Shown in pieces: positions 25,018 to 38,214 of a stretch of DNA of 64,000 bases. The DNA comes from Macrostomum lignano (Eukaryota), in assembly GCA_002269645.1 (NCBI GenBank), contig NIVC01002240.1:62001-126000 (forward strand), written 5' to 3'. The notes beneath the pieces were generated by a model that did no database searches, was not told the DNA's origin, and worked only from the letters and a program-made list of their open reading frames with translations. The translations under genes and the position numbers were made by a program. How positions within the stretch are numbered: position 1 is the first letter of the stretch; each line of letters starts with the position of its first letter.

Positions 25018-25657
25018 CGAGGTGGAGTTCAATACGTTTCCGGATGCACAAATTGGGAAGGTGATGTACATAACTTTGGCATAGCAGGTATTATGTACAT
25101 TATCTTGTGATTATATCTGTGTAATTTCAAACACTTTGCTCTGCGCAGCGTAGCAAAGCAGATGGTGGCCATTTTTGTGACAAAAGCTTACAGCAGCGCA
25201 CAGTCACTGGAAACTGGTAATACCAACTACTGCCGGCCAGAAGTGCTGAGTGCTCTCTCCAGCCGCCGCCGAAGGACTCGAGCTCGGGGTGTGCTTCTTC
25301 ATCACGACAACGCCTCCAATCAGAAGTCCAGGCAAGTGGTCGAATTCCTGGCTGGAGAACACATTCAAGAGCTCGGCCATCCACCCTACAGCCCCAGACC
25401 TGGCCCCGTGTGACGTCTTTGTGTTTCCGCAAATCAAGCAGAAGATGCGTGGCATTCGCTATTCATTGTCGGAAGCTGCAGTCGAGGCCTTCATCAAGCA
25501 TGTCAAGGAGGGGCCAAGTTCAGAGTGCTTCAATAAGCACTTCTGAGGATGCGACGGTGCATAGACTCTCTGGAGAATACTTTGAAAAAATCTGAGAGTC
25601 AGTTGTCTCTAACTATTTAAGTCTTTGCACAACCGAAAACTTATTGAACTCCCCTCG
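25018..25657 (+). mobile_element. Internally deleted mariner (Tc1/mariner) relic
   Basis: Imperfect TIRs ta|CGAGGTGGAGTTCAATACGTTTCCGG and CCGAAAACTTATTGAACTCCCCTCG (right flank reads CA). Frameshifted transposase C-terminus LLHHDNAS...HPPYSP/DLAPCDVFVFP. Confidence 0.85.
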
Positions 25658-25807
25658 CATCTGTGTGTCTGAGCGTGTGCTTGCTTGCAAGGTCCAAATC
25701 GACTGTCTCCTTAATTTGCAGCAGTGCCCATGGAAAGAACTAAAATAACTAAACGGACTAACAAAGTAACCAAATTTCATACAAAACACACCCAAATCAC
25801 CTTTTAG

Positions 25808-26249
25808 CTACAATCCACCGATGATGCACTTCTTTTACTTCACTATGTGCAACGACACCAGCACGTTGGGTGAGCGGTTCACAATCAACCCAAAGGGCAA
25901 ACTATTCAGGCTGCAACTTTCTATGCACGTGCTGAAATACAACAAGTACGTGAAAAGCGCAAACGCCTTTCTCAACACAAGCGACTTTGCATCGTTTGGC
26001 TATCGTACGAATAGCAACGATTCAACTACTCTGTTCTACGATGGACAACAATGGAACTGCCCGGTGGGAACTGCTCAACTAAATGCCAAACGCCTGAACT
26101 CACCGGAACACTACAGCTGCTTGCGATTCGGTGGTTTTAGAGTTCCTGAGCTGAGCCTGATGGGCTGGCTGCAGTGCTTTGGCCTGGCGAGAGGCAAACT
26201 GACTGCCGCCGATATTGAGGAAATTGAGACATGGTGCAAAAACCACTGA
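25808..26249 (+). CDS. Probable terminal exon with a LamG/pentraxin (ConA-like) C-terminal signature
   Basis: caccttttag| acceptor, 142-aa ORF. The ending FGG...GWLQCFGLARGKLTAADIEEIETWC resembles the G...f.i....Ls..eI..l...C motif. Confidence 0.5.
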
Positions 26250-28289
26250 CGGATAAGTTGAAAGTTCACTCTAGATCAGGCGCTCAGACTTGCATGTACT
26301 CAGTAGGTTCATGTGCTAATTCAAGTTTGTTGGTTCATGAACGATTATATTGTCGAATAGCTACTTTTCTGCAGTCCTTAGAAATCTTTACTTTCATCCC
26401 AGTTTTTAATAATGATTGTACATCAGCAGGCACCGCATAAAACGCTTGACCAGGCGAGGCAAAAGTCTCAGTACCTGTAATATTGTCAAATATTGTCGAA
26501 TTTCTGGGGCAATGTCTCGCACTGCGGTATTTGTGGGAGGCAATAATGGTCTTTGTAGGGCGTAGGCCGTGCGCTGCACTCTCTGCCCCACATTATTATT
26601 CATGACTCATTCTCTCGCCTAAACTTGTTTACCAATTCTCGACCAATCGCGCATCGCTGCACCCCACCCCACAATATTGACTAATAAATATATTGAGTAA
26701 ACAGAGCCATACAGAGGCCACCTTTTCGGCACGCAAACCCAGACTTCACAGTCTTGTAGTTGTCCTTTTTGCCTGTGGGACTTGCTTATTACTAATTAGG
26801 CAACCCAGCTGACTTGTTTTCTGAGCAAATCCTTGGCTTAAAGGCGTCTTAGAAATTGCCAATATAATGTAGTATAGTGCAGTAGTCGTTAAAGCTTTTG
26901 CTAGTACAGCCTTCAGTTTACTGACAGAAAAGCTAGGTAGGTACCATGGTTTTTAGGTCAGGACAGGCTTAGGTATGGGTGCAGCTGCTTGTGGGGGAAA
27001 CGCTTTCATCTGCAGGGAACCTCAAGCCAAGGGTGTTTTTGTCCCATCTCTATAGAAAGCTTCAAAGTCATGGCTTTGTGAGCACGCAACGTCAGCAGCG
27101 TCTCTGTGCGTAAAAGTGCTTTGCTAATCCAAAAATCTTTTACATTCACGCACTGAGTATATGCGTAATTAAATTTTTATGTTTTATCCTCAAGGTGAAG
27201 CATCCTAAATAGGTTTCAACTGAATTTAAAAAGCTCTTAAATCCTGTATCCTCTTTGGAATAACACCCTATCATGCCTTATATCACACTTGACTATCACA
27301 CTTGACTAGATAAATGTGCCCGTTGATTGTACGAATAAAGTTTCAATTAATTTCTCTCTATTCTCTCTATATTCTATTCGAGTAGTGATACTCTGGTTTG
27401 AGCTATCAAAGTCATGTTGTCATGTTGACTGGACCTGAATGCATTCCGGCATCGCCTCAAAAGTTGCAGGTGTCTCTGATGTTAGTCATTGGATTCTTTA
27501 TTGAAATGGAAAAATTATTTTTAGAGCAACACCTAATTATTAAAAGTTCATCACTTTCTAATATGGCTACTGCTGCTAGTAGGCTAATAGATGTATTGGA
27601 AAGAAAACTGTATAATTTTAACAACGATCTGAAAATATAACGAAAAATAATCACACAGTACGAGCTATTCCCTCAGGGCTGTGTTTTCGAGACTACAACC
27701 AATTTATTTCTTCGAAAAATGGGAATAAGTCAGAAAAAAATAGAAGATCCTATAGCAGACTTAGAGGTTCTTTAGCGGATGACATTCCAGGGAGGGGTCA
27801 ACGCTTAAACTAATTAAGACCTGGGAGGTATAAAGAATGACATGAATGAAGTTTTTATCCTCCTAAACATATGATTTATATCGATTAAGGACATTAAGGA
27901 GAATACTACTGACTATATAATTGCTGTGTATTTTACACTCATCAAGAAATTTCATTACCATTTTTCCTGCTCGACTAAATCCTTATTTAGGCTATGAGGC
28001 TGATTGAGTCAGACATTAATGTAACTTGCACTCAATCCTGGGTTAGATTACCTCTGTTTCTCTCCCTTGCTGGCGTCCTAATGCGCGAATGCTTCTATCA
28101 TATTGCAGCTTTTTCTTATTTAGCTGCACTGAATAGGGAATACCGGTATAAGATAAAAATATTCTCTCTCCAAAAATGTCTTGGAAATAAGGCGTCAGCC
28201 ATCAAGGCAGGAAAAACGAAGCGTTGGGTGCGCGCCTGTCCTCGCACCAGCAGCAGCACCTCTTGAAGTGGCTGTGGTCAGTGCAACGC

Positions 28290-30985
28290 CGCAGGCACTC
28301 ATTTTTGCGCCGCAGGCACTCATTTTGGCGTTGCCAGGCACTCATTTTGGCACCGCAGGCACTCATTTTGGCGCCGCAAGCACTCATTTTGGCGCCGCAA
28401 GCACTCATTTTGGCGCCGCAAGCACTCATTTTGGCGCCACAGCCAGGCACTCATTTTTGCGCCGCAGCCAGGCACTCATTTTGGCGCAACAGCCAGGCAC
28501 TCATTTTGGCGCCGCAGGCACTCATTTTGGCGCCGCAGGCACTCATTTTGGCGCCGCAGCCAGGCGCTCATTTTGGCGCCGCAGGCACTCATTTTGGCGC
28601 CGCAGCCAGGCGCTCATTTTGGCGCCGCAGGCACTCATTTTGGCGCCGCAGGCACTCATTTTGGCGCCGCAAGCACTCATTTTGGCGCCACAGCCAGGCA
28701 CTCATTTTGGCGCCGCAGGCACTCATTTTGGCGCCGCAGGCACTCATTTTAGCGTCGAAGGCACTCATTTTGGCGCCGCAGGCACTCGTTTTGGCGCCGC
28801 AGGCACTCATTTTAGCGTCGAAGGCACTCATTTTGGCGTCGAAGGCAATCATTTTGGCGCCGCAGGCACTCATTTTAGCGTCGAAGGCACTCATTTTAGC
28901 GCCGCAGGCACTCATTTTAGCGCCGCAGGCACTCATTTTGGCGCCGCAGGCACTCATTTTGGCGCCGCAGGCACTCATTTTGGCGCCGCAGCCAGGCACT
29001 CATTTTGGCGCCGCAGGCATTCATTTTGGCGCCGCAGGCACTCATTTTGGCGCCGCAGCCAGGCACTCATTTTGGCGCCACAGCCAGGCACTCATTTTGG
29101 CGCCGCAGGCACTCATTTTGGCGCCGCAGGCACTCATTTTGGCGTTGCCAGGCACTCATTTTGGCACCGCAGGCACTCATTTTGGCGCCGCAAGCACTCA
29201 TTTTGGCGCCGCAAGCACTCATTTTGGCGCCACAGCCAGGCACTCGTTTTGGCGCCGCAAGCACTCATTTTGGCGCCACAGCCAGGCACTCATTTTTGCG
29301 CCGCAGCCAGGCACTCATTTTGGCGCCACAGCCAGGCACTCATTTTGGCGCCGCAGGCACTCATTTTGGCGCCGCAGCCAGGCGCTCATTTTGGCGCCGC
29401 AGGCACTCATTTTGGCGCCGCAGCCAGGCGCTCATTTTGGCGCCGCAGGCACTCATTTTGGCGCCGCAGGCACTCATTTTGGCGCCGCAAGCACTCATTT
29501 TGGCGCCACAGCCAGGCACTCATTTTGGCGCCACAGCCAGGCACTCATTTTGGCGCCGCAGGCACTCATTTTGGCGCCGCAGGCACTCATTTTAGCGTCG
29601 AAGGCACTCATTTTAGCGCCGCAGGCACTCATTTTAGCGCCGCAGGCACTCATTTTGGCGCCGCAGGCACTCATTTTGGCGCCACAGCCAGGCACTCATT
29701 TTGGCGCCGCAGGCACTCATTTTGGCGCCGCAGGCACTCATTTTGGCGCCGCAGCCAGGCACTCATTTTGGCGCCGCAGGCACTCATTTTGGCGCCGCAG
29801 GCACTCATTTTGGCGCCGCAGCCAGGCACTCATTTTGGCGCCGCAGGCACTCATTTTGGCGCCGCAGGCACTTATTTTGGCGTTGCCAGGCACTCATTTT
29901 GGCACCGCAGGCACTCATTTTGGCGCCGCAAGCACTCATTTTGGCGCCGCAAGCACTCATTTTGGCGCCACAGCCAGGCACTCATTTTGGCGCCGCAAGC
30001 ACTCATTTTGGCGCCACAGCCAGGCACTCATTTTGGCGCCGCAGGCACTCATTTTGGCGCCGCAGGCACTCATTTTAGCGTCGAAGGCACTCATTTTGGC
30101 GCCGCAGGCACTCGTTTTGGCGCCGCAGGCACTCATTTAGCGTCGAAGGCACTCATTTTAGCGCCGCAGGCACTCATTTTAGCGCCGCAGGCACTCATTT
30201 TGGCGCCGCAGGCACTCATTTTGGCGCCGCAGGCACTCATTTTGGCGCCGCAGCCAGGCACTCATTTTGGCGCCGCAGGCACTCATTTTGGCGCCGCAGG
30301 CACTCATTTTGGCGCCGCAGCCAGGCACTCATTTTGGCGCCGCAGGCACTCATTTTGGCGCCGCAGGCACTCATTTTGGCGCCGCAACCAGGCACTCATT
30401 TTGGCGCCGCAGCTAGGCACTCATTTTGGCGCCGCAGGCACTCATTTTGGCGCCGCAAGCACTCATTTTGGCGCAACAGCCAGGCACTCATTTTGGCGCC
30501 GCAGGCACTCATTTTGGCGCCGCAGCAAGTCGCTCATTTTGGCGCCGCAGGCATTTATTTTAGCGCCGCAGGCACTCATTTTGGCAGCGCACGCACTCAT
30601 TTTGGCGCCACAGCCAGGCACTCATTTTGGCGCCGCAGGCATTTATTTTAGCGCCGCAGGCACTCATTTTGGCGCCGCAGCCACTCATTTTGGCGCCGCA
30701 AGCACTCATTTTGGCGCAACAGCCAGGCACTCATTTTGGCGCCGCAGGCACTCATTTTGGCGCCGCAGCAAGTCGCTCATTTTGGCGCCGCAGGCATTTA
30801 TTTTAGCGCCGCAGGCACTCATTTTGACGCCGCAGGCACTCATTTTGGCAGCGCACGCACTCATTTTGGCGCCACAGCCAGGCACTCATTTTGGCGCCGC
30901 AGGCATTTATTTTAGCGCCGCAGGCACTCATTTTGGCAGCGCAGGCACTCATTTTGGCGCCGTAGGCACTCATTTTGGCGCCCTA
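28290..30985. repeat. 21/25-bp GC-rich satellite
   Basis: Unit gcaggcactcattttggcgcc with gcagccagg variants, about 2.7 kb. Confidence 0.95.
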
Positions 30986-31634
30986 AAGTAAAACTATTGA
31001 ATTTCATAATGGAACAACACAAAGTTAGAGTAGAGGGGGGGGGAAGCATTGGATATGTCCCCCATCCGTGGCTTTTACTAAGGGGCATGTCCTCCTTGTC
31101 CGCCCCCCTCCCCGGAGGCGACGCCCCTGATTATACCAACGAAAATCATGATTTTTTATAAATCCCTGTAGTTTCGGTTTGTAAGCAGGGTGCCTGTAGA
31201 TTCTGATTCTACAATATTTTTGGCCAGCAATTACGAATCGGAATGCCAATAATACCGCTGACACCTGAGGATGCGCTGACACAGTATTGACCCGCAGGTC
31301 ATGGCTCAGACAGATTAATGGCCGATCGAAAACGCATTAACACTTCGCCACTCTTATCTGTGCTACCCCCGTATCTAATCATTTCAGCCACTAATGCTGA
31401 AAAAAGACAATGAAAAAAATGATCGATAAACACGGTTTACTCAGAAATCTCTGCTTTCTTGTATCGATTAATTCTTACGTATTATAACATGGACTTCATA
31501 TTTTGACTTTTTAAGGATTTTTTAATAAAACCTTTAAGATCGCTACTTTCTAGATAGAATTCGGAAAGTAAAAATGAGTAAATTTTATTGGCTTTAACCA
31601 CTAAATCTAGACAGGTTGAAAAATTATACGATAG

Positions 31635-33072
31635 ATGATTCAGTTGCTAATCAGCTTCAGGCTAATGATTCAGTTGCTAATCAGCTTCAGGCTAATGATT
31701 CAGTTGCTAATCAGCTTCAGGCTAATGATTCAGTTGCTAATCAGCTTCAGGCTAATGATTCAGCTGCTAATCGGCTTCAGGCTAATGTTTCAGCTGCTAA
31801 TCAGCTTCAGGCTAATGTTTCAGCTGCTAATCAGCTTCAGGCTAATGTTTCTGCTGCTAATCAGCTTCAGGCTAATGTTTCAGCTGCTAATCAGCTTCAG
31901 GGTAATGTTTCAGCTGCCAATCAGCTTCAGGCTAATGTTTCAGCTGCTAATCAGCTTCAGGCTAATGTTTCAGCTTCCAATTAGCTTCAGGCTAATGATT
32001 CAGCTGCTAATCAGCTTCAGGCTAATGTTTCAGCTGCCAATCAGCTTCAGGCTAATGATTCAGCTGCTAATCGGCTTCAGGCTAATGTTTCAGCTGCTAA
32101 TTGCAGCTTCAGGCTAATGTTTCAGCTGCTAATCAGCTTCAGGCTAATGTTTCAGCTGCTAATCGGCTTCAAGCTAATGTTTCTGTTGCTCATCAGCTTC
32201 AGGCTAATGATTCAGCTGCTAATCAGCTTCAGGCTATTGTTTCAGCTGTTAACTGCAGCTTCAGGCTAATGTTTCAGCTGCTAATCAGCTTCAGGCTAAT
32301 GTTTCAGCTGCTAATCAGCTTCAAGCTAATGTTTCTGTTGCTCATCAGCTTCAGGCTAATGATTCAGCTGCTAATCAGCTTCAGGCTAATGTTTCTGTTG
32401 CTAATCAGCTTCAGGCTAATGATTCAGCTGCTCATCAGCTTCAGGCTAATGATTCAGCTGCTAATCAGCTTCAGGCTAATGATTCAGCTGCTAATCGGCT
32501 TCAGGCTAATGTTTCAGCTGCTAATTGCAGCTTCAGGCTAATGTTTCAGCTGCTAATCGGCTTCAAGCTAATGTTTCTGTTGCTCATCAGCTTCAGGCTA
32601 ATGATTCAGCTGCTAATCAGCTTCAGGCTATTGTTTCAGCTGTTAACTGCAGCTTCAGGCTAATGTTTCAGCTGCTCATCAGCTTCAGGCTATTGTTTCA
32701 GCTGTTAACTGCAGCTTCAGGCTAATTTTTCAGCTGCTCATCAGCTTCAGGCTAATGATTCAGCTGCTAATCAGCTTCAGGCTAATGTTTCTGTTGCTAA
32801 TCAGCTTCAGGCTAATGATTCAGCTGCTCATCAGCTTCAGGCTATTTTTCAGCTGTTAATTGCAGCTTCAGGCTAATGTTTCAGCTGCTAATCAGCTTCA
32901 GGCTAATGTTTCAGCTGCTAATCAGCTTCAGGCTAATGTTTCAGCTGCCAATCAGCTTCAGGCTAATGTTTCAGTTGCTAATCAGCTTCAGGCTAATGTT
33001 TCAGCTGCTAATCAGCTTCAGGCTAATGTTTCAGCTGCCAATCAGCTTCAGGCTAATGTTTCAGCTGCTAAT
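31635..33072. repeat. 30-bp satellite
   Basis: Unit gctaatcagcttcaggctaatgtttcagct. Confidence 0.95.
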
Positions 33073-33203
33073 AAGCTTCTTTCACAGCTTTGTGTGCCAG
33101 ACATTTAATGTTGAAAGCTCGACTCAGCTAATGAAGAAGTATCGAGATATTGCTGTGGAGATTGTCGAGTCGATTTTGTCAGAAATTGTCGTCTCTCTAT
33201 CGC

Positions 33204-34190
33204 TCACTTGCCAGCCACTTTGCGGCAGAGCAACAAGCCGACCAATTCGCGTCGAAAATTCGGAGACGCGGCAACGTAGAGCAGAAAGTTGACGGTGTGG
33301 TTGAGATTGTACAGCATCTGGAACACCTCAGACAGCAGGTCTTTTGTGTCCTGCGATACATCAACCAGGTTGATAGCCATCAGGTAGGCAAAGTTCGGCA
33401 TCAGGAGCACGACGAAGCTGGCCGAGATCGCCAGCGTCACGGCTACGGAGCCGCGCATCGCCTTCGACGTTGCGTCCGAGGTCGAGGCCGACACTGCCGG
33501 GGGAGTGTTCGTCATCGCCGAGGAGTTCGAAGCGACCGACGTCGAGCCGATCCGACGGCCGCGACGCATGCGGCGGCACAGCGCCCACAGCAGAATGGCG
33601 TTCAGCGCCAACACCAGCAGGCTGGGCGCGATGGCTACCGTTGCCATGGCAACGTAGCTACGAATCTCCCTGGTCTGGGCGAACTCCGGCCGCCAGGTGC
33701 AGCGGAGCCGGGTGGAATTGCCAGCCGCCGGCACCACCACCATGGCGCGGCCGAGCAGCACAATGATGTTCTTGGCCGCCGCTAGCAGCGCCAGGCCCAG
33801 CAGCTGCACCAGCGCCGCTCTGGTGGTTGCCAGGCGCCTGGCAGCCCGCGCCGGCGCCAGCAGCGCCACCAGCCGGTCGGCGGCCAGACAGGGCACAATC
33901 CACACGGCCACATCGCCGCTGCAGTACTCCAGGAAGGACAACAGCGGGCAGGCAACATCGGCAGCTGGTGGCGGCGGGGCGCCGGCTCGGAGCGCCAGAT
34001 CCGGGGCCAGACCGAACAGCAGGCTGATGGAGCCGCTGGCTGCCAGACCGCGAAGCTGGACGCTGATGCTGCCGCCGCGCAGTCGCTTGGCGGACATGGC
34101 CAGGAGAACCAGCGCGTTCGAGGGCAGGCCCAGACACAGCAGCATGGCGCGGTAGGCCAGGCCGAAGCTTTTCAGCTGCTCCGGCGTCAT
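33204..34190 (-). CDS. Intronless class A (rhodopsin-like) GPCR, invertebrate peptide-receptor-like
   Basis: 328 aa with seven hydrophobic segments: GLPSN (TM1), C before TM3, ADRLVA, ECL2 Cys, FVVLLMP (TM6), NHTVNFLLY..SPNFR (TM7/H8). Confidence 0.9.
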   Translation of the reverse strand: MTPEQLKSFGLAYRAMLLCLGLPSNALVLLAMSAKRLRGGSISVQLRGLAASGSISLLFGLAPDLALRAGAPPPPAADVACPLLSFLEYCSGDVAVWIVPCLAADRLVALLAPARAARRLATTRAALVQLLGLALLAAAKNIIVLLGRAMVVVPAAGNSTRLRCTWRPEFAQTREIRSYVAMATVAIAPSLLVLALNAILLWALCRRMRRGRRIGSTSVASNSSAMTNTPPAVSASTSDATSKAMRGSVAVTLAISASFVVLLMPNFAYLMAINLVDVSQDTKDLLSEVFQMLYNLNHTVNFLLYVAASPNFRRELVGLLLCRKVAGK

Positions 34191-34444
34191 GACGCGTCCA
34201 ATTTGTTTATCTGATTGGCTTGTGTTTTGTTTATCTGAAGCAGAAAGTTGGAAGTTATTTCAAGAACCTAACGCAAAAAGGAGAGAGAGAGAGGAAGGAA
34301 GAGAAAAGAGGTCATAATAATCAGATTAGATTTACGTAGATTAAGGAACTGCCGAAACGTGTTGCTATTCGTCAGGGAAAGTTTTTGCTCTGATGGATTG
34401 ATAGCCAACTTGATTCATCTATTATACATTTACAGGTCGGTAGT

Positions 34445-34712
34445 GAGAGAGGGAGGAGAGAGAGGGAGTGGGAGAGAGGGAGTGGGAGAGAGGGAGTGGG
34501 AGAGAGGGAGTGGGAGAGAGGGAGTGGGAGAGAGGGAGTGGGAGAGAGGGAGGAGAGAGAGGGAGTGGGAGAGAGGGAGTGGGAGAGAGGGAGTGGGAGA
34601 GAGGGAGTGGGAGAGAGGGAGGGGAGAGAGGGAGTGGGAGAGAGGGAGTGGGAGAGAGGGAGGGGAGAGAGGGAGTGGGAGAGAGGGAGTGGGAGAGAGG
34701 GAGTGGGAGAAG
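34445..34712. repeat. (GGGAGTGGGAGAGA)n 14-bp purine-rich repeat
   Basis: Direct reading; lies upstream of the GPCR. Confidence 0.95.
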
Positions 34713-35281
34713 GAGGAACTACGAAAGGCGTTTAAAGACACGGTACGGCCCTTATAGATGCAAAACGAAAATGGGTGAAAAAACAGCAAATTTATTTTTA
34801 TCATAACGGAAGACTGGTATTATACTTGTGCCTGTCAAACGGTGCATTTATCGGAGGTCGAGGGAGAGCAGAGGTTTATAGATAATAAACTGGGGCGTTG
34901 CGGCTGTTTGTGCTCTGTTTGGCTTGGACAGCCAGACGATGAAGTAAAATCTCACTCATCCAGCATCCAGGATATTCTTATCTACGAGCGTAAAAAACCA
35001 GTGCAAACACTGCGCTCTGTGTGTCCCTCAATGGCTTTTGCTACTGTAGCTGGAAGACCATACTATAGTAGGTCGATCTGTGCTTAGAGAAGTCCGCTAA
35101 AATTCGTGACCCAGCCATGCAGCGGTTGGGTGCGAGCGATCGCTGTCGTAAAAGCTTTATAAAAGTGCTATAGATTAAATATCAGTGCGATTAGGTACTT
35201 TTATCAGTTGAAAATGGATTAAACCTAAATCCTATGCAGATTTGTATAGGCGAGTTATAAGGTCGAACTTGAAATGCACCT

Positions 35282-36350
35282 ACCCTGCAGATGTACATGC
35301 GTCTCCCGTGTCTAACAGGATGTCACCTTTACCTAATCCTGCACATGTACATGCATCTCCCGTGTCTAACAGGATGTCACCTTTACCTAATCCTGCACAT
35401 GTACATGCATCTCCCGTGTCTAACAGGATGTCACCTTTACCTAAACCTGCACAGGTTCATGCGTCTCCTGTGTCTAACAGGATGTCACCTTTACCTAATC
35501 CTGCACATGTACATGCATCTCCCGTGTCTAACAGGATGTCACCTTTACCTAAACCTGCACATGTACATGCATCTCCCGTGTCTAACAGGATGTCACCTTT
35601 ACCTAAACCTGCACATGTACATGCATCTCCCGTGTCTAACAGGATGTCACCTTTACCTAAACCTGCACATGTACATGCATCTCCAGTGTCTAACAGGATG
35701 TCACCTTTACCTAATCCTGCACATGTACATGCATCTCCCGTGTCTAACAGGATGTCACCTTTACCTAATCCTGCACATGTACATGCATCTCCAGTGTCTA
35801 ACAGGATGTCACCTTTACCTAATCCTGCACATGTACATGCATCTCCCGAGTCTAACAGGATGTCACCTTTACCTAATCCTACACAGGTTCATGCATCTCC
35901 CGTGTCTAACAGGATGTCACCTTTTACCTAAACCTGCACAGGTTCATGAATCTCCCGTGTCTAACAGGATGTCACCTTTTACCTAAACCTACACAGGTTC
36001 ATGCATCTCCCGTGTCTAACAGGATGTCACCTTTACCTAAACCTGCACAGGTTCATGAATCTCCCGTGTCTAACAGGATGTCACCTTTACCTAACCCTGC
36101 ACAGGTTCATGCATCTCCCGTGTCTAACAGGATGTCACCTTTACCTAATCCTGCACATGTACATGCATCTTCCGAGTCTAACAGGATGTCACCTTTTACC
36201 TAATCCTGCACATGTACATGCATCTCCCGTGCCTAACAGGATGTCACCTTTACCTAAACCTGCACAGGTTCATGCATCTCCCGTGTCTAACAGGATGTCA
36301 CCTTTACCTAATCCTGCACATGTACATGCATCTCCCGTGTCTAACAGGAT
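35282..36350. repeat. 54-bp satellite
   Basis: Unit cctgcacatgtacatgcatctcccgtgtctaacaggatgtcacctttacctaat. Confidence 0.95.
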
Positions 36351-36764
36351 ATCCACCCATCCGTACAGGTGAATGTCACCAACCATCTAACAGGTAATTT
36401 CACAATGGCTGACATCGCCCACCCCGCTTGGTAGCTCCTATCCCATTTTCGTCCTGACGGCCAGCTTCACGACTCGTTGCCATGCTAACGAATCAAACGC
36501 TAATTCAGAAGGAAGCTTATGCAGCATTGTTGCAGCACTCATTTCTCATCGCAAGTTTAAAAGTCGTGCTGGCACGGCAGTATTTTTCTATGGATTTTTA
36601 TGAATTTGCATTCCTTTAAAATTTTATTTATAGCACTCCTGCATTAACTCTTGTTCCAATTCTATCGTCCAACAATGGTGCATTTGAGGCAATACAACTA
36701 ATTAGTAATCGAAAAAGTGACACTCGAAGTGTTTACCCTATGCGAGCTACAATTATCCAAAGTG

Positions 36765-37330
36765 ATGCTGACATCCGAAGTGACGCCCTGACATCCGAAG
36801 TGACGCCCTGACATCTGAAGTGACGCCCTGACATCCGAAGTGACGCCCTGACATCTGAAGTGACGCCCTGACATCCGAAGTGACGCCCTGACATCCGAAG
36901 TGACGCCCTGACATCCGAAGTGACGCCCTGACATCTGAAGTGACGCCCTGACATCTGAAGTGACGCCCTGACATCCGAAGTGACGCCCTGACATCCGAAG
37001 TGACGCCCTGACATCTGAAGTGACGCCCTGACATCCGAAGTGACGCCCTGACATCCGAAGTGACGCCCTGACATCTGAAGTGACGCTCTGACATCCGAAG
37101 TGACGCCCTGACATCCGAAGTGACGCCCTGACATCCGAAGTGACGCCCTGACATCTGAAGTGTCGCCCTGACATCTGAAGTGACGCCCTGACATCCGAAG
37201 TGACGCCCTGACATCCGAAGTGACGCCCTGACATCCGAAGTGACGCCCTGACATCCGAAGTGTCTCCCTGACATCTGAAGTGACGCTCTGACATCCGAAG
37301 TGTCGCCCTGACACAACCCTGACATCCGAA
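36765..37330. repeat. 20-bp satellite
   Basis: Unit ccctgacat(c/t)cgaagtgacg-type, i.e. ccctgacatc(c/t)gaagtgacg. Confidence 0.95.
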
Positions 37331-38214
37331 TTTGCAGACTCTCTAAGATTCCATTTGGCGTGGGCCTTCAAATATCCGAGGTACCATCAAAGTCTAGCGC
37401 TAAGCTTGTAGCAAGCGATACATTCACATCAAGTCTTGTACAGGTACATGTTGTGTTCTCTGAGCTCAAGCTTATTGGACAACATTTATGAGCAGATTTG
37501 CACACACGATAAACTCACCTGTTTTCCAAATTGAATTCGTTAAATTTCTGTCGCAGAATCGTGAATAATATTCTCTCCTTGAAGAATTAATGCAAGAATT
37601 GCAATGTGCTTTTGATTTTATTGGGATCAGGCCATGTTTAGACATTGGTCAGGTGTGAGCCAATCAGAGCTGGGAATTCAAATTAAATTACAGAAAAGAC
37701 CTGTCCTATACCAGAGCATCCATCATATGGATTTGTGTACCATTTGAATTCTCCATTTGATCTAGTATTTAATTTTGTTCCTAAAAATATTAAGGCTTTG
37801 CTTTTAAATTCTCAATACATTCGTTAAAGTACAGCAGTGTGACTAATTAAGGCCGAGGAATTCTTATTGTCTACTGTTTTGTCAGTTTGGCGTCCGGCCA
37901 AGCAGGGAATAGGGGTAGCCGCTCAATCCCTAGCGTTGATATGAGAGACACTGTATGTAGTAGCCCTTGATCTTTTTCTTAATTATCAGATTATTGATTG
38001 CTTAAATAATAACTACAATAGCTATATGATTCATCAAAGGAGGTCAGAGGTCAGAGAAAAAGAAAAAGTTCTTTTTTCAGATGCTTTTGAAAAAAACACA
38101 ATTTGTGCCTTAGGACTATCTACCATTATTTTGACTACCATTATTTTGATTAAAAAACTATATGCTTTGTGTCGAACAATACATAGGTATACCCATCCCT
38201 ATACATACATGTAG

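Noticed and set aside
27280-27420. Possible solo LTR (AATAAA, CT-rich end)
   Set aside because: No TG...CA boundaries, second copy or TSD identified
28181-30991. 936-aa and 638-aa ORFs
   Set aside because: Stop-free translations of the 21-bp satellite; open in several frames, no domain
28188-31128. hAT-type ends enclosing the 21-bp satellite (TAAGGCGTCAGCC / GGCGACGCCCCTG)
   Set aside because: The left end is degenerate and the 8-bp flanks do not match, so one element cannot be supported
31616-37371. ORFs such as ANQLQANVS, HVHASPVSNR, SGRHFGCQG and EREWERG
   Set aside because: Satellite translations; ORFs on the strand opposite the GPCR are GC-rich shadows
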